Shown here one piece after another: positions 10,124 through 20,332 of a DNA stretch of 64,000 nucleotides (its first letter is position 1; every line of letters begins with the position of its first letter). The notes under the pieces are model-generated. The model was not told the DNA's origin and searched no databases. It was given only the letters and a program-made list of their open reading frames with translations. Location of the stretch: assembly GCA_964543815.1 (NCBI GenBank), contig CAZIZG010000005.1:9424-73423 (forward strand). The letters are read 5' to 3'. The DNA comes from an uncultured Bdellovibrionales bacterium (lineage in GTDB: Bacteria > Patescibacteriota > Minisyncoccia > Moranbacterales > UBA1568). The position numbers and the translations under genes were made by a program.

Positions 10124-11836
10124 ATGCTGACTCTCAAAAACATTCGAAAAATCTACGGAATTCACCGCGTCCTCGAAAAGGTCTCCTTTTCCATTGGTGA
10201 AGGGCAGAAAGTAGCCCTGGTTGGTCAGAATGGTGTTGGTAAATCGACTCTTCTCAAGATTGCCGCTGGTCTCGAGACTTTTGAAAAAGGTGAGCGTATC
10301 GTGCCAAACCGATGTCTTTTGGGCTATCTCCCGCAGGAAGTGGGGGCGCTTCCGGATGAGACCCTCATTGCCTATCTGCGTCGGATGGCAGGTCTCGCTG
10401 AATTGGAGAAGGAGATGAAACGCCTGGAGAAGCACCTCGATGAAGAGGCAATTCTCGCAGAGTTTGAAGCGGCAGAGCATGACTATACCCGTCTCGGTGG
10501 GTATGACTTTGAGCGAAAGGCTCGGAGTATATTGGAGGGTTTGTTCCTTGATCACGTGGGACTCAATCGTCCGTTATCAGAATTGTCCGGAGGAGAAAAA
10601 CGGAAGGCAGCGCTCGCGGGCGTGCTTTTACGTGGAGTCGATATTTTGTTTCTTGATGAACCGACGAATAACCTTGATCTCCCGGCTCTTCTCTGGCTTG
10701 AAAACTATCTCAAACGTTCGAAAGCAACCTGTCTCATTGCTTCGCATGATCGGCGTTTTCTCGATCATGTGGTGAAAAAAGTCGTGGAGATTGATTGGTT
10801 CAAGCGTGAGGCCATCATGTATACCGGTGGCTGGAGTGAGTACGCCGAGATGAAGGCCCATGCTTTTCGTCGTCATAAAGAACAGTACCGGATGCAAGAA
10901 GCGGAACGAGAACGCCTTTTGGAATCTATGGCTGAGAAAAAAGAATGGGTGATTCGTGTTCAGGAAAAAGCTGCGCCAGACAACGATAAATTTACTTCGA
11001 ACTACAAAAAAGAACGAGCCACTCGCAAGTTCGATGCTTCTGCGAAAGCGCTTGAGGGCCGACAGAGGCGCCTGGATGATATCGAACGGCCGCTGGAACG
11101 GCCGCCGCTGGATATCATTCTCCAAACAGAGAAGAATGATGAAAGTAGTATCGTGGTACAGGATCTCATTTTTGGATATCCCGAGGATGAAGGGAAAAAA
11201 ACGTACAGAGGTGGTCCGGTGAACCTCAATATTCCACTGGGCAGCCGCATTGCTATCTTGGGAAACAACGGGGTTGGTAAATCAACGCTGCTTCAAACAC
11301 TGACCGGTAGTCTCGTTCCTTTGTCGGGTACGGTTACCTGTGGAGCACAGGTGAAATTTGGGTATCTAATGCAAGAACATGAAAATATCATTCAGTCTGA
11401 AACGCCACGTCAGCTTTTCAAGAAACGTTTGCCCGATTTCGATGCCTTCGAGGTTTCACTTATGCTCTCGGAATATCAGTTTCCACCGGATACATTGGAT
11501 AGCAAAATAGTTTATTTGAGTCCTGGTGAGCGAGTGCGGCTCATCTTGGCACTGCTCTCGATGCTACATGCAAACGTTTTGGTCCTCGATGAACCGACCA
11601 ACCATCTTGATTTGGAAGCCATCGAAGCTCTCGAAGAATCGCTCGCGGTTTATCCTGGGACACTTCTTTTGGTAACACACGACCGACTCTTTCTCGAACG
11701 CGTAGAACTGCCAGAAAAATACGTGCTTGAGGCTGGCACACTCACGCGAGTTATGGACTATGCGGCGTATGAAGCAGCTGCTTTGCCTCAGGTGAAGCGA
11801 GTACTCAAGCGCTTGGAAGAAAAACACGGAAAATAA
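10124..11836 (+). CDS. ABC-F family ATPase
   Basis: two ABC domains (GQNGVGKST, GNNGVGKST; LDEPTNNLD, LDEPTNHLD), no TM segments; TTGATT-17-TATACT promoter at 10086-10114. Confidence 0.92.
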   Translation: MLTLKNIRKIYGIHRVLEKVSFSIGEGQKVALVGQNGVGKSTLLKIAAGLETFEKGERIVPNRCLLGYLPQEVGALPDETLIAYLRRMAGLAELEKEMKRLEKHLDEEAILAEFEAAEHDYTRLGGYDFERKARSILEGLFLDHVGLNRPLSELSGGEKRKAALAGVLLRGVDILFLDEPTNNLDLPALLWLENYLKRSKATCLIASHDRRFLDHVVKKVVEIDWFKREAIMYTGGWSEYAEMKAHAFRRHKEQYRMQEAERERLLESMAEKKEWVIRVQEKAAPDNDKFTSNYKKERATRKFDASAKALEGRQRRLDDIERPLERPPLDIILQTEKNDESSIVVQDLIFGYPEDEGKKTYRGGPVNLNIPLGSRIAILGNNGVGKSTLLQTLTGSLVPLSGTVTCGAQVKFGYLMQEHENIIQSETPRQLFKKRLPDFDAFEVSLMLSEYQFPPDTLDSKIVYLSPGERVRLILALLSMLHANVLVLDEPTNHLDLEAIEALEESLAVYPGTLLLVTHDRLFLERVELPEKYVLEAGTLTRVMDYAAYEAAALPQVKRVLKRLEEKHGK

Positions 11837-11960
11837 AAGAAAAAACTCCAAAATGATTCGTAGCTATTTGGGGTGAAATTTTCTTTTTCCAGGAATCGAC
11901 TTGGGGTATACTATAGATACTTGACGCTCATCGTTTTTTTTGTCTTTGACACTGAGAATT

Positions 11961-12625
11961 TTGAACCACAAATTCCTTCTCGTTATTGCTCTCATAATCT
12001 TCCTTGTGATGGGAGGTCTAGTTTTGCTATGGCAAAAAAAACAGAGTACTGAAACTCCTGAGGTTAAAAAGACTGAGGAACAGCAGTCGGAGCCTACCCT
12101 CACAGAAAAGTACCCGCAACATATCGAGGCTATCCAGGGGAGTGATGAAGTCTGGTATAACATTCCAGAACTCGGTGTGCGGATGAGGCTGAATAGGGGA
12201 TTCGCTGAAGATTTGGTGTATGTTTATTCAAAGTCAGAGGTGAGGGCAACCGAGGATCAAAAAAATACGTTATTCCGTTTGAGGAGAGAGTCGATTTTTC
12301 CACATATTCACTTCAGAAGATTGAACCAGCTTGTGTTCCTGGTACTCGATCGATTGGCGAAATTATCAGAGAGCCCGGAAATATTAAGGACTGGCCGGCA
12401 GCAGATTATTATAATCTCTATCGTCAGTTTCCGAATACTTTTCTTGTATTTGGGATTCCAGCTAGTCAAGACAATCCCAATACTCCCTTGTGCTTGTTAG
12501 GTGCCGACAGTAAATGGTCTTCATCTCAAATTTCAAATGATGAGATACAAAAGAGGGAGGAGCTAATGGATAGACAATCATCAGTTTTGGCGAAGTCCTT
12601 TTCTTTGATGGAGGAAGTTCGATAA
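11961..12625 (+). pseudogene. membrane-anchored exported protein interrupted by a -1 frameshift at an A7 run (12259-12265)
   Basis: N-terminal TM plus natural-looking sequence up to ...ATEDQ; the -1 frame continues KKYVIPFEERVDF...MEEVR to a stop at 12623-12625. Confidence 0.65.
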
Positions 12626-12741
12626 GTGTCGGCAATCTCGCCAATTTATGGTGGCAAGCCCCAAGGAATAGAACGGCCATTTTTTTATACTAAAATGGCT
12701 TTTGTTTGCCTCTTTTCTGACTTTCGGGTATACTCGAAGGC

Positions 12742-14430
12742 ATGAAACAACAGGTCAAGATTCGTTATCAGTTCGCTCTCGTGCTCCTTTTGGGGCTTGT
12801 GTGCGGCGTTATTTCTTATCCTCAGGTGGTGAAGCACATCCCGCCTGTTTTCACCGTGTTTGATGCTCTCAAAGTGAACAAGGGTCTCGATTTGCAGGGG
12901 GGTATTCATTTGGAATACAAAGCGGATGTTTCGCAGATTGAGAGTGCCAAGGTGAATGATGCTCTGACCGCTGCTGAGGCAGTGATTGAGCGCCGCGTCA
13001 ATGCCTTTGGTGTTGGAGAGCCACTAGTACAACTGTCTCGTTCCGGGAGTGAACATCGCATCATCGTTGAATTACCAGGAATCAAAGATATCGAGCAGGC
13101 AAAAAAGATGATTAAAGAGACGCCGTTTTTGGAGTTTCGTGAATCCTCTGATGGTACGGTGAGTCCTGAGGATCAAAGCCAGCTTGATAGTATGAATCAA
13201 TCAAACAAGGCCAAGGCCGAAGGAATATTGGCCCGGGTTAAAAACGGCGAAGATTTCTCGGCATTGGCGAGTGAATTCAGTCAAGATCCTGGCTCGAAAG
13301 ACAAGGGTGGCGATCTTGATTTTGTGAAGAGTGGTACGTTTGTACCTGAGTTCGATCAAACGCTTTTTGATACAAATTTGCCATCTGGGGCAGTCTCTCC
13401 TCATCTGGTGGAGAGTCAGTTTGGTTGGCACATCATCAAAAAAATTGAAGAGCGTGGGTCAGGCGATGAGCGCGAAGTTCACGGTGCTCACATTCTCTTC
13501 CGGAAGTATGCCGCTACTGATTTCCCGAAGCTTGCCTTTAAGGCCACCGGTCTTTCTGGTAAGAATTTGAAAAATGCCTATGTTGACTACCAAAGTCAGG
13601 GAGTAGGGTCGCCGCAGATTGCGCTCCAGTTCGATGATGAGGGCACCAGGTTGTTTGCGGAAATTACCAAGCGAAACATTGGCAAGCCGGTAGCGATTTT
13701 CCTTGATGACGAAATCATTAGTCAGCCGACGGTCCAAAATGAAATCGTGGCTGGTCAGGCGGTTATCACGGGAAACTTTACCATGAAAGAAGCCAATGAT
13801 TTGGTGAAACGTCTCAATGAAGGAGCGCTTCCGGTACCGATTACCCTCGTGGGTCAACAGAGTGTGGATGCTTCTCTTGGTGAGAGCGCCTTGCAGAAGA
13901 GTCTCTTTGCTGGTCTGGTTGGTCTCGCGGCAGTGGCAGTTTTCATGGTCTTCTACTACCGTCTTCTTGGAGTGGTGGCGGTGTTTGCTCTTCTTCTTTA
14001 TACGGCAATGCTTCTTACCCTCTTTAAGCTTTCCGTTTTTACACCTTTTGCTATTACCGTGACGCTCTCGGGTATCGCTGGTTTCATCCTTTCGATTGGT
14101 ATCGCGGTTGATGCGAACGTTCTCATCTTTGAACGTACACGAGAAGAACTTTCTTATGGTAAGGGAGTGATTCGTTCTATTACAGAAGGATTTCGCCGCG
14201 CTTGGCCGAGTATTCGTGATGGCCACGTCTCTACCCTCATCACCACAGTCATCCTTATTGGACTCGGGACAGGATTTGTCAAAGGATTTGCAGTGATACT
14301 GGCTCTTGGTGTGCTTCTCTCGCTCTTTACCGCAGTGGTTTTGGTTCGTATCACGACGACATTCCTCGCTGGCGATTGGATGGAACGTCATGCCTGGCTT
14401 CTCGTCTCTCCTAAGAAACCACTCGAATAG
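12742..14430 (+). CDS. secD: protein translocase subunit SecD with inserted parvulin-type PPIase domain
   Basis: GLDLQGG, RRVNAFGVGEP, AVDANVLIFER; insert GEDFSALASEFSQDPGSKDKGGDL...FGWHIIK. Confidence 0.95.
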   Translation: MKQQVKIRYQFALVLLLGLVCGVISYPQVVKHIPPVFTVFDALKVNKGLDLQGGIHLEYKADVSQIESAKVNDALTAAEAVIERRVNAFGVGEPLVQLSRSGSEHRIIVELPGIKDIEQAKKMIKETPFLEFRESSDGTVSPEDQSQLDSMNQSNKAKAEGILARVKNGEDFSALASEFSQDPGSKDKGGDLDFVKSGTFVPEFDQTLFDTNLPSGAVSPHLVESQFGWHIIKKIEERGSGDEREVHGAHILFRKYAATDFPKLAFKATGLSGKNLKNAYVDYQSQGVGSPQIALQFDDEGTRLFAEITKRNIGKPVAIFLDDEIISQPTVQNEIVAGQAVITGNFTMKEANDLVKRLNEGALPVPITLVGQQSVDASLGESALQKSLFAGLVGLAAVAVFMVFYYRLLGVVAVFALLLYTAMLLTLFKLSVFTPFAITVTLSGIAGFILSIGIAVDANVLIFERTREELSYGKGVIRSITEGFRRAWPSIRDGHVSTLITTVILIGLGTGFVKGFAVILALGVLLSLFTAVVLVRITTTFLAGDWMERHAWLLVSPKKPLE

Positions 14431-14447
14431 TTTCTCTCGATATACTT

Positions 14448-15344
14448 ATGCTCAAAATCATTCAGAAAAGAAAATACGCCTATATCCTCTCCGGCCTACT
14501 GACGCTCGCGAGTGTAGCAGTATTAATCGTCTGGGGTTTGAAGCCGGGAATTGATTTCAAAGGTGGGACGCTCATGGAGGTTCAGTTTTCGGTAGAGCCC
14601 GTGCCGACGGTACAGACGATTGAATCAACGCTGGCTGATTTGTCTCTCAAGAGTCTGACGGTGCAGCCGACGGAAAATCGCGGTATGCTCCTTCGTTATC
14701 TCGCTTCTGATGAAGTTGCCAATAATCAGGTGCTTGCCAAGCTGACGAGTCTCGATACCGATATTAAACAGCTTCGGACAGACTTTATCGGTGGTTCTGT
14801 TTCAGACCAAATCAAACGCAATGCCTTTACGGGTGTTATTCTTTCGATTATCGGTATCGCACTCTATATCGCCTGGGCCTTCCGGCGGGTATCGGGTGTT
14901 GTTACATCCTGGGAATACGGTCTCGGAGCGGTCATTGCGCTGGCTCATGATATCATCATCGTGATCGGTATCTTCGTACTTCTTGGTCACTACTATGATA
15001 TCGAGATTGGTATCCCTTTCATCGCAGCACTGCTGACTATCTTGGGGTACTCGGTCAATGACACCATCGTTGTATACGATCGGGTACGGGAGAACCTCAT
15101 GCGTTCCAGTCGCAAGGAAGATTTTGAAAATATCGTCAATCGTTCGCTCAACGAGACGCTGGGACGCTCTATCAACACCTCGATGACGGTTATCATTACG
15201 CTTGTGGCCATTGTGCTATTCGGTGGCGAGAGCATCAAATATTTCGGTGTAGCACTCCTTTCTGGTGTGGTGTTTGGTACGTACTCGTCCATTTATATTG
15301 CCTCGGCCCTCTTGGTATCACGCTATAAGATGAAGACTGAATAA
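14448..15344 (+). CDS. secF: protein translocase subunit SecF
   Basis: GIDFKGG, GYSVNDTIVVYDRVRE, GTYSSIYIA. Confidence 0.95.
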   Translation: MLKIIQKRKYAYILSGLLTLASVAVLIVWGLKPGIDFKGGTLMEVQFSVEPVPTVQTIESTLADLSLKSLTVQPTENRGMLLRYLASDEVANNQVLAKLTSLDTDIKQLRTDFIGGSVSDQIKRNAFTGVILSIIGIALYIAWAFRRVSGVVTSWEYGLGAVIALAHDIIIVIGIFVLLGHYYDIEIGIPFIAALLTILGYSVNDTIVVYDRVRENLMRSSRKEDFENIVNRSLNETLGRSINTSMTVIITLVAIVLFGGESIKYFGVALLSGVVFGTYSSIYIASALLVSRYKMKTE

Positions 15345-15354
15345 TGACAAAACT

Positions 15355-15648
15355 ATGAAATGGAATCCATTCAAAAAAGATGATGCGGCAGAGAAAAATG
15401 ATGAGCTCCCTCATATCCCAGGTATGCCGGACATGAAGGATATGAATATGCTCCAGCGTTTCGCTATGAAGCGCCTCATGAATATGAGCCCGGCCGAACG
15501 CGAAAAAACTCTCCGGAAGGCCATGACGCCTAAAAATATTGAGAAGCACAAGGATGAAATCCTGGCCTCACTTGAAGCGATGCGCAAAGCGGGACAAATG
15601 TCTGATGATCAATACCGTCTCGCCAAGGCCCGGTTTGGACTCAAGTAG
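15355..15648 (+). CDS. small Met-rich helical hypothetical protein
   Basis: fills the secF-tyrS gap; backbone-style CT-ATG start. Confidence 0.7.
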   Translation: MKWNPFKKDDAAEKNDELPHIPGMPDMKDMNMLQRFAMKRLMNMSPAEREKTLRKAMTPKNIEKHKDEILASLEAMRKAGQMSDDQYRLAKARFGLK

Positions 15649-15667
15649 ATTCTTTTTCTATATATCT

Positions 15668-16858
15668 ATGGAAAACAAAGAACAACTCATCGATGAAATT
15701 CTCTCTCGGGGAGTGGCTGAAGTGATTGACCGTGATCATTTGAGGCAACGCCTCCTTGAGGGGAAACCACTTCGTATCAAACTCGGTATCGATCCAACCA
15801 GTCCCAATATTCATATTGGACGAGCCGTGGTACTTCTCAAGATGCGGGACTTGCAGCGATTGGGGCATAAGATTGTCCTTATCGTCGGTGATTTTACGGG
15901 GGTGATTGGTGATACGTCTGACAAGGAGAGTGAGCGGCCGATGCTCACCACCGATGCTATCGAGGCCAACATGAAAAACTATACTGAGCAAATGGGCAAG
16001 CTCATTGATTTAGAGCAGGCTGAGGTGCACTACAATTCTACCTGGCTTGAGAAACTTGGCTATGAGGAGATTGGGACGCAGGCTAATGTTTTTTCTTTGG
16101 CCGAATTTATTTCCCGGGAGAACATTCGCAAGCGGCTTGATGAAGGGAAGCGGGTGTCGCTCCGAGAGGTGCTCTATCCACTCATGCAGGGGTTTGACAG
16201 TATCGCGATTAACGCTGATGTAGAGCTCGGGGGTAGCGATCAACGCTTCAACCTGCTCGCTGGTCGGCGTCTTCAAGAGGCCAATGGGCAACCAGCGCAG
16301 GATATTCTCATGACCAATCTCATCCTCGGGACGGATGGTCGCAAGATGAGTTCGAGCTGGGGCAACACTATCAACTTAACCGATGTGCCCAATGAGATGT
16401 TTGGCAAGGTGATGAGTGTGCCAGATAATCTAATAACAGAGTATTTCGTGCACTGCACTCGGGTACCAATGGCTGAGATTGGAAAGATGGCTGAGGATAT
16501 GGTGACCGGTGGCAACCCGCGTGATGCCAAAGTACGTTTGGCTAAGGAAATGGTCCGTCTCTATCATGGTGACGTCGAAGCAGACAAGGCGGAACAGTAT
16601 TTTATTGATACCTTTTCAAAGGGGGCTGTACCAGAAGAGGTGCGGACAGTGTCGGTCGTTTCTGGTACAAAATTGATAGACATGCTTGCTGAGGCGGGGT
16701 TGGCGGAAAGTAAGGCTGATGCTCGTCGCAAGGCAGAGCAGGGCGGTGTTTCAATTGATGGTGACAAGCTTGCTTTTGATACTATCCTTGAAAAGGAAAA
16801 ATTTGATGGCAAAGTGCTGAAGGTCGGAAAAAAAGATTTTGTTAAGATTGTTTTTTAG
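15668..16858 (+). CDS. tyrS: tyrosine--tRNA ligase
   Basis: GIDPTSPNIHIGR, YPLMQGFD, GGSDQRFN, KMSSS, C-terminal S4 domain. Confidence 0.96.
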   Translation: MENKEQLIDEILSRGVAEVIDRDHLRQRLLEGKPLRIKLGIDPTSPNIHIGRAVVLLKMRDLQRLGHKIVLIVGDFTGVIGDTSDKESERPMLTTDAIEANMKNYTEQMGKLIDLEQAEVHYNSTWLEKLGYEEIGTQANVFSLAEFISRENIRKRLDEGKRVSLREVLYPLMQGFDSIAINADVELGGSDQRFNLLAGRRLQEANGQPAQDILMTNLILGTDGRKMSSSWGNTINLTDVPNEMFGKVMSVPDNLITEYFVHCTRVPMAEIGKMAEDMVTGGNPRDAKVRLAKEMVRLYHGDVEADKAEQYFIDTFSKGAVPEEVRTVSVVSGTKLIDMLAEAGLAESKADARRKAEQGGVSIDGDKLAFDTILEKEKFDGKVLKVGKKDFVKIVF

Positions 16859-16890
16859 TCAAAAACTGAAAAATTGAGTAGAATGGAATC

Positions 16891-17928
16891 ATGAAAGAAC
16901 GGATTGAAAAAATTGGACAGGCAGGCGAAGCAGCACTGGCGGCGGTCAAGACCATGGCCGAGCTGGAGACATGGGAGATTACGTATCTTGGTCGCAAGAG
17001 CGAGCTCAATACTCTCCTCAAGGGGCTACGTGACTTGTCTCCGGAAGATAAGAAGGTTATCGGACCGCTCGGAAACAGTACCAAGCAAAGATTGATTGCT
17101 TCGTTTGATGCTAAGAAAAAGGATCTGCTTGAGCAGAGTATCGATTGGCAGGCTGTCGGGGTGGATATCACTGCTCCGGGTTTGGCGGTACGCGCTGGTC
17201 ACCTCCATCCCATTACTCGTCTCGAGCATGAGATTGAGGATATTTTTGCTTCCATGGGTTTTGCTATTGCTGATGGACCGGAAGTGGAATTGGAAGCTTA
17301 TAACTTTGATGCACTCAACTTTCCCAAGGATCATCCATCGCGGGATATGCAGGATACGTTCTGGGTTAAGCCCGAAAAGAAATCTCATGATCGGTATTTG
17401 CCTCGCACTCACACTTCGGGAGTCCAAGTGAGGTATATGGAGACGCATACGCCACCACTTCGGGTTATTGTGCCGGGACGAGTGTTTCGTAACGAAGCGA
17501 CGGATGCCTCACATGAGCACACCTTCCATCAGTTTGAGTGTCTCATGGTGGATGTGGAGGGAGAGGTTACTGTGGCAACGTTTAAGTTTGTGGCTGAGGA
17601 ATTCTTCAGTAAGTTTTTTGGAGAGAAAGTGAGCGTTCGGTTACGGCCAAGTTTTTTTCCTTTTACCGAGCCGTCTTTCGAATTTGATATCAGCTGTATC
17701 CTTTGTGAGGGGAAGGGTTGTGCCACTTGCAAGCAAAGTGGTTGGCTTGAAATTGGTGGCGCTGGCATGGTCAATCAGCGGGTGTTTGAAGCAGCTGGTT
17801 ACAAGCGGGGTGTTTACCAAGGCTTTGCTTGGGGCTTTGGTATGACGAGACTCGCCATGATGAAATATAAAATTACCGATATTCGTCTTCTTATGAGTGG
17901 CGACCTCCGATTTATTCGCCAATTCTAG
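16891..17928 (+). CDS. pheS: phenylalanine--tRNA ligase alpha subunit
   Basis: HPSRDMQDTF, RTHTS, FPFTEPS, GFAWGFG. Confidence 0.97.
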   Translation: MKERIEKIGQAGEAALAAVKTMAELETWEITYLGRKSELNTLLKGLRDLSPEDKKVIGPLGNSTKQRLIASFDAKKKDLLEQSIDWQAVGVDITAPGLAVRAGHLHPITRLEHEIEDIFASMGFAIADGPEVELEAYNFDALNFPKDHPSRDMQDTFWVKPEKKSHDRYLPRTHTSGVQVRYMETHTPPLRVIVPGRVFRNEATDASHEHTFHQFECLMVDVEGEVTVATFKFVAEEFFSKFFGEKVSVRLRPSFFPFTEPSFEFDISCILCEGKGCATCKQSGWLEIGGAGMVNQRVFEAAGYKRGVYQGFAWGFGMTRLAMMKYKITDIRLLMSGDLRFIRQF

Positions 17929-17938
17929 GTAGTACTCT

Positions 17939-20332
17939 ATGAAATACAGTTATCGTTTTCTCAAAGAATTGTCTGGGACCAAAAAAAGTCCTGAACAGTT
18001 GGCGCGTCTTCTCATGACCCATGCTTTCGAAGTGGAGGGCATCGAGAAATTCGCGCATGGTATTGATGGGGTAGTTATCGGCCAAGTTGTTAGTCTGGCA
18101 CAGCATCCCGATGCGGACAAGCTTCGGGTGGCTCAGGTAGAAGTCGGAAAAAAAGATATTCGTACGATTGTTTGTGGCGCGCCGAACATCGCTGAGGGAC
18201 AGAAAGTAGCCGTGGCTTTGCCCGGATCGACCTTGCCTGGGGGTGTCCATATTCAAGAAACAGCGCTTCGGGGCGTTGTGTCGCAGGGGATGATTTGTGG
18301 TGCCGATGAACTTGGGCTGTCACAGGAACACGAGTGTATTTTGGTTTTGCCTGAAGATGCTCCTATTGGCGCTTCGTTTGTGAAGTATGTTTCTCTCGAT
18401 GACAGCATTATTGAGGTCAAGATTTTACCGGATCGTGGCTCAGATGCTCTCGCGTATCAGGGCTTGGCTCGAGAGATTGCCGCACTTGACGGTCACGCGC
18501 CGCATTTCGGAGAGAAAGTCATGAAACCCGTTCGTTTTCCTTCATATAATAAGGCAGCCAAAGTGGCCATCGTTGACAAGAAGGGTTGCCCTCGCTATGG
18601 AGCACTCATGCTCCGTGATGTGACGGTAGATGAATCACCGCTCTGGCTCAAGGTCCGGCTTATCGTGTCAGGTCTACGCCCAATCAACAATATCGTCGAT
18701 GCAACGAACTATCTCATGCTTCTTACTGGTCAACCCATGCATGCTTTTGATGCTGACAAGATTACAGGTGCGATTTCTGTGCGTCGAGCCAAGAGGAATG
18801 AAAAACTTGTACTCTTGACTGGTGAGACCAAGAAGCTTACGTCGGATGATTTAGTTATTGCCGACAGTAAACGAGCTTTAGCTCTGGCCGGGGTGATGGG
18901 CGGACAGTTTTCTGCTGTTACGAGTGAAACTAAGAATATTTTTTTGGAAGTAGCTAATTTTGAAGGGTCGTCTATCCGTCGTACGAAAAATCGTCATAAC
19001 CTGCCGACTGACGCGAGCTATCGATTTGAGCGCAATATTGATCCAAATCTGGTGGGTGATGCTCTAAGAGAGGCAGCGGCGCTCGTGCCTCTGCTTACCA
19101 ATGGGAAGATTGTGGGCATGCGTGATGTGATTGCGAAGAAAGTGATGCCAACCAAAATCACCCTGTCGCTTGATCGGGTCGAACATGTACTCGGAGTGAA
19201 ACTGCCGCTTTTTGAAGTAGTGCAGCACTTGGCACTCCTCGGACTTAAGGTGAAGAAAGTAACTAACGAACGCAAACTCCTGGTGACTGTTCCAACGAGG
19301 CGTCCTGATTTGCGCGACGAATGGGATTTAATTGAAGAAATTGGCCGGATGCATGGGTATGATCGTATCGAGGCAGCGGCACCGCTTCTGCCGCTTCAGG
19401 CACGACAGCTTGTTTTGGAAAAGTCATTCGAACGAGCTTCCAAGGAATATCTGGCAGGCGCTGGGTTTGATGAGCTCATGACCTATTCGTTTTATGGCGA
19501 ACGAGAGATTGCAGCTGCTCGTTTACCGTTGTCTCATCATGTAGAACTCGAAAATCCACTTAGCCCAGATCAGAAGTACTTGAGAATGTCACTGGTCCCA
19601 CTTCACTTACGTAAGGCAGCGGAAAATTTGCGCCACCTTGAATGTTTTGATTGTTTCGAATGGGGGAAGGTGTTCTCAAAGCACCAGAAAACGAAACGTC
19701 CGGTAGAAGTGAGCACGATTTCGTTTATTACGGCATTAGCAAAAAAGAGCGAACGTGGTGAAGCGTTTTTTGCCCTGAAGGGGAAAGTGGCGGCCTATCT
19801 TGAGGCGTTACACATCGATCAAGCCAAGCTATCTCTCTCGCTTCCGGCAGAATACCCTGAGGTGCCGGTGCTTTCCATGCTTCATCCCACTCGCAGTGCC
19901 TGTTTTGTGGCGGATGGGAAGGTCATAGGTGTCTTGGGTGAGCTCCATCCTCAGGTGGCACATGCCTTTGGTTTGGAATCACGGGTAGCTATAGGTGGAT
20001 TTATTGCCTCAGAGCTACTGGCTCTGCAAAATCATGAAACGACTTTTGAGTCACTCCAAAAATTTCCGTATGCGCTCCGCGATATTTCACTTGTGTTTCC
20101 GCGAGAGATGACAGTTGGTCGGATAGAACGTCTACTCTTTGAAGCGGGTGCGCCGCTTTTGAAGCAGGCCAAGCTGTTTGATATCTACGAAAAAGATACG
20201 GAAAAAAGCTTTGCTTTTCATTTGGCTTTTGGGGCTGATGACCGAACACTTTCGAGTGAAGAGATGGATGAATCTTTTGATCGTATTGTCTCTCGTGCTA
20301 CTCGGGATGGTGGTCGTTTGCGTCTCTCATGA
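17939..20332 (+). CDS. pheT: phenylalanine--tRNA ligase beta subunit
   Basis: HPDADKL, IVCGAPN, GQPMHAFD, DASYRFER, DLIEEIGR. Confidence 0.96.
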   Translation: MKYSYRFLKELSGTKKSPEQLARLLMTHAFEVEGIEKFAHGIDGVVIGQVVSLAQHPDADKLRVAQVEVGKKDIRTIVCGAPNIAEGQKVAVALPGSTLPGGVHIQETALRGVVSQGMICGADELGLSQEHECILVLPEDAPIGASFVKYVSLDDSIIEVKILPDRGSDALAYQGLAREIAALDGHAPHFGEKVMKPVRFPSYNKAAKVAIVDKKGCPRYGALMLRDVTVDESPLWLKVRLIVSGLRPINNIVDATNYLMLLTGQPMHAFDADKITGAISVRRAKRNEKLVLLTGETKKLTSDDLVIADSKRALALAGVMGGQFSAVTSETKNIFLEVANFEGSSIRRTKNRHNLPTDASYRFERNIDPNLVGDALREAAALVPLLTNGKIVGMRDVIAKKVMPTKITLSLDRVEHVLGVKLPLFEVVQHLALLGLKVKKVTNERKLLVTVPTRRPDLRDEWDLIEEIGRMHGYDRIEAAAPLLPLQARQLVLEKSFERASKEYLAGAGFDELMTYSFYGEREIAAARLPLSHHVELENPLSPDQKYLRMSLVPLHLRKAAENLRHLECFDCFEWGKVFSKHQKTKRPVEVSTISFITALAKKSERGEAFFALKGKVAAYLEALHIDQAKLSLSLPAEYPEVPVLSMLHPTRSACFVADGKVIGVLGELHPQVAHAFGLESRVAIGGFIASELLALQNHETTFESLQKFPYALRDISLVFPREMTVGRIERLLFEAGAPLLKQAKLFDIYEKDTEKSFAFHLAFGADDRTLSSEEMDESFDRIVSRATRDGGRLRLS

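Noticed and set aside
13459-14391. 310-aa antisense ORF, and similar ones at 889-1560, 30940-31758 and 44776-45411
   Set aside because: They lie fully opposite well-supported genes and have no recognisable motifs.
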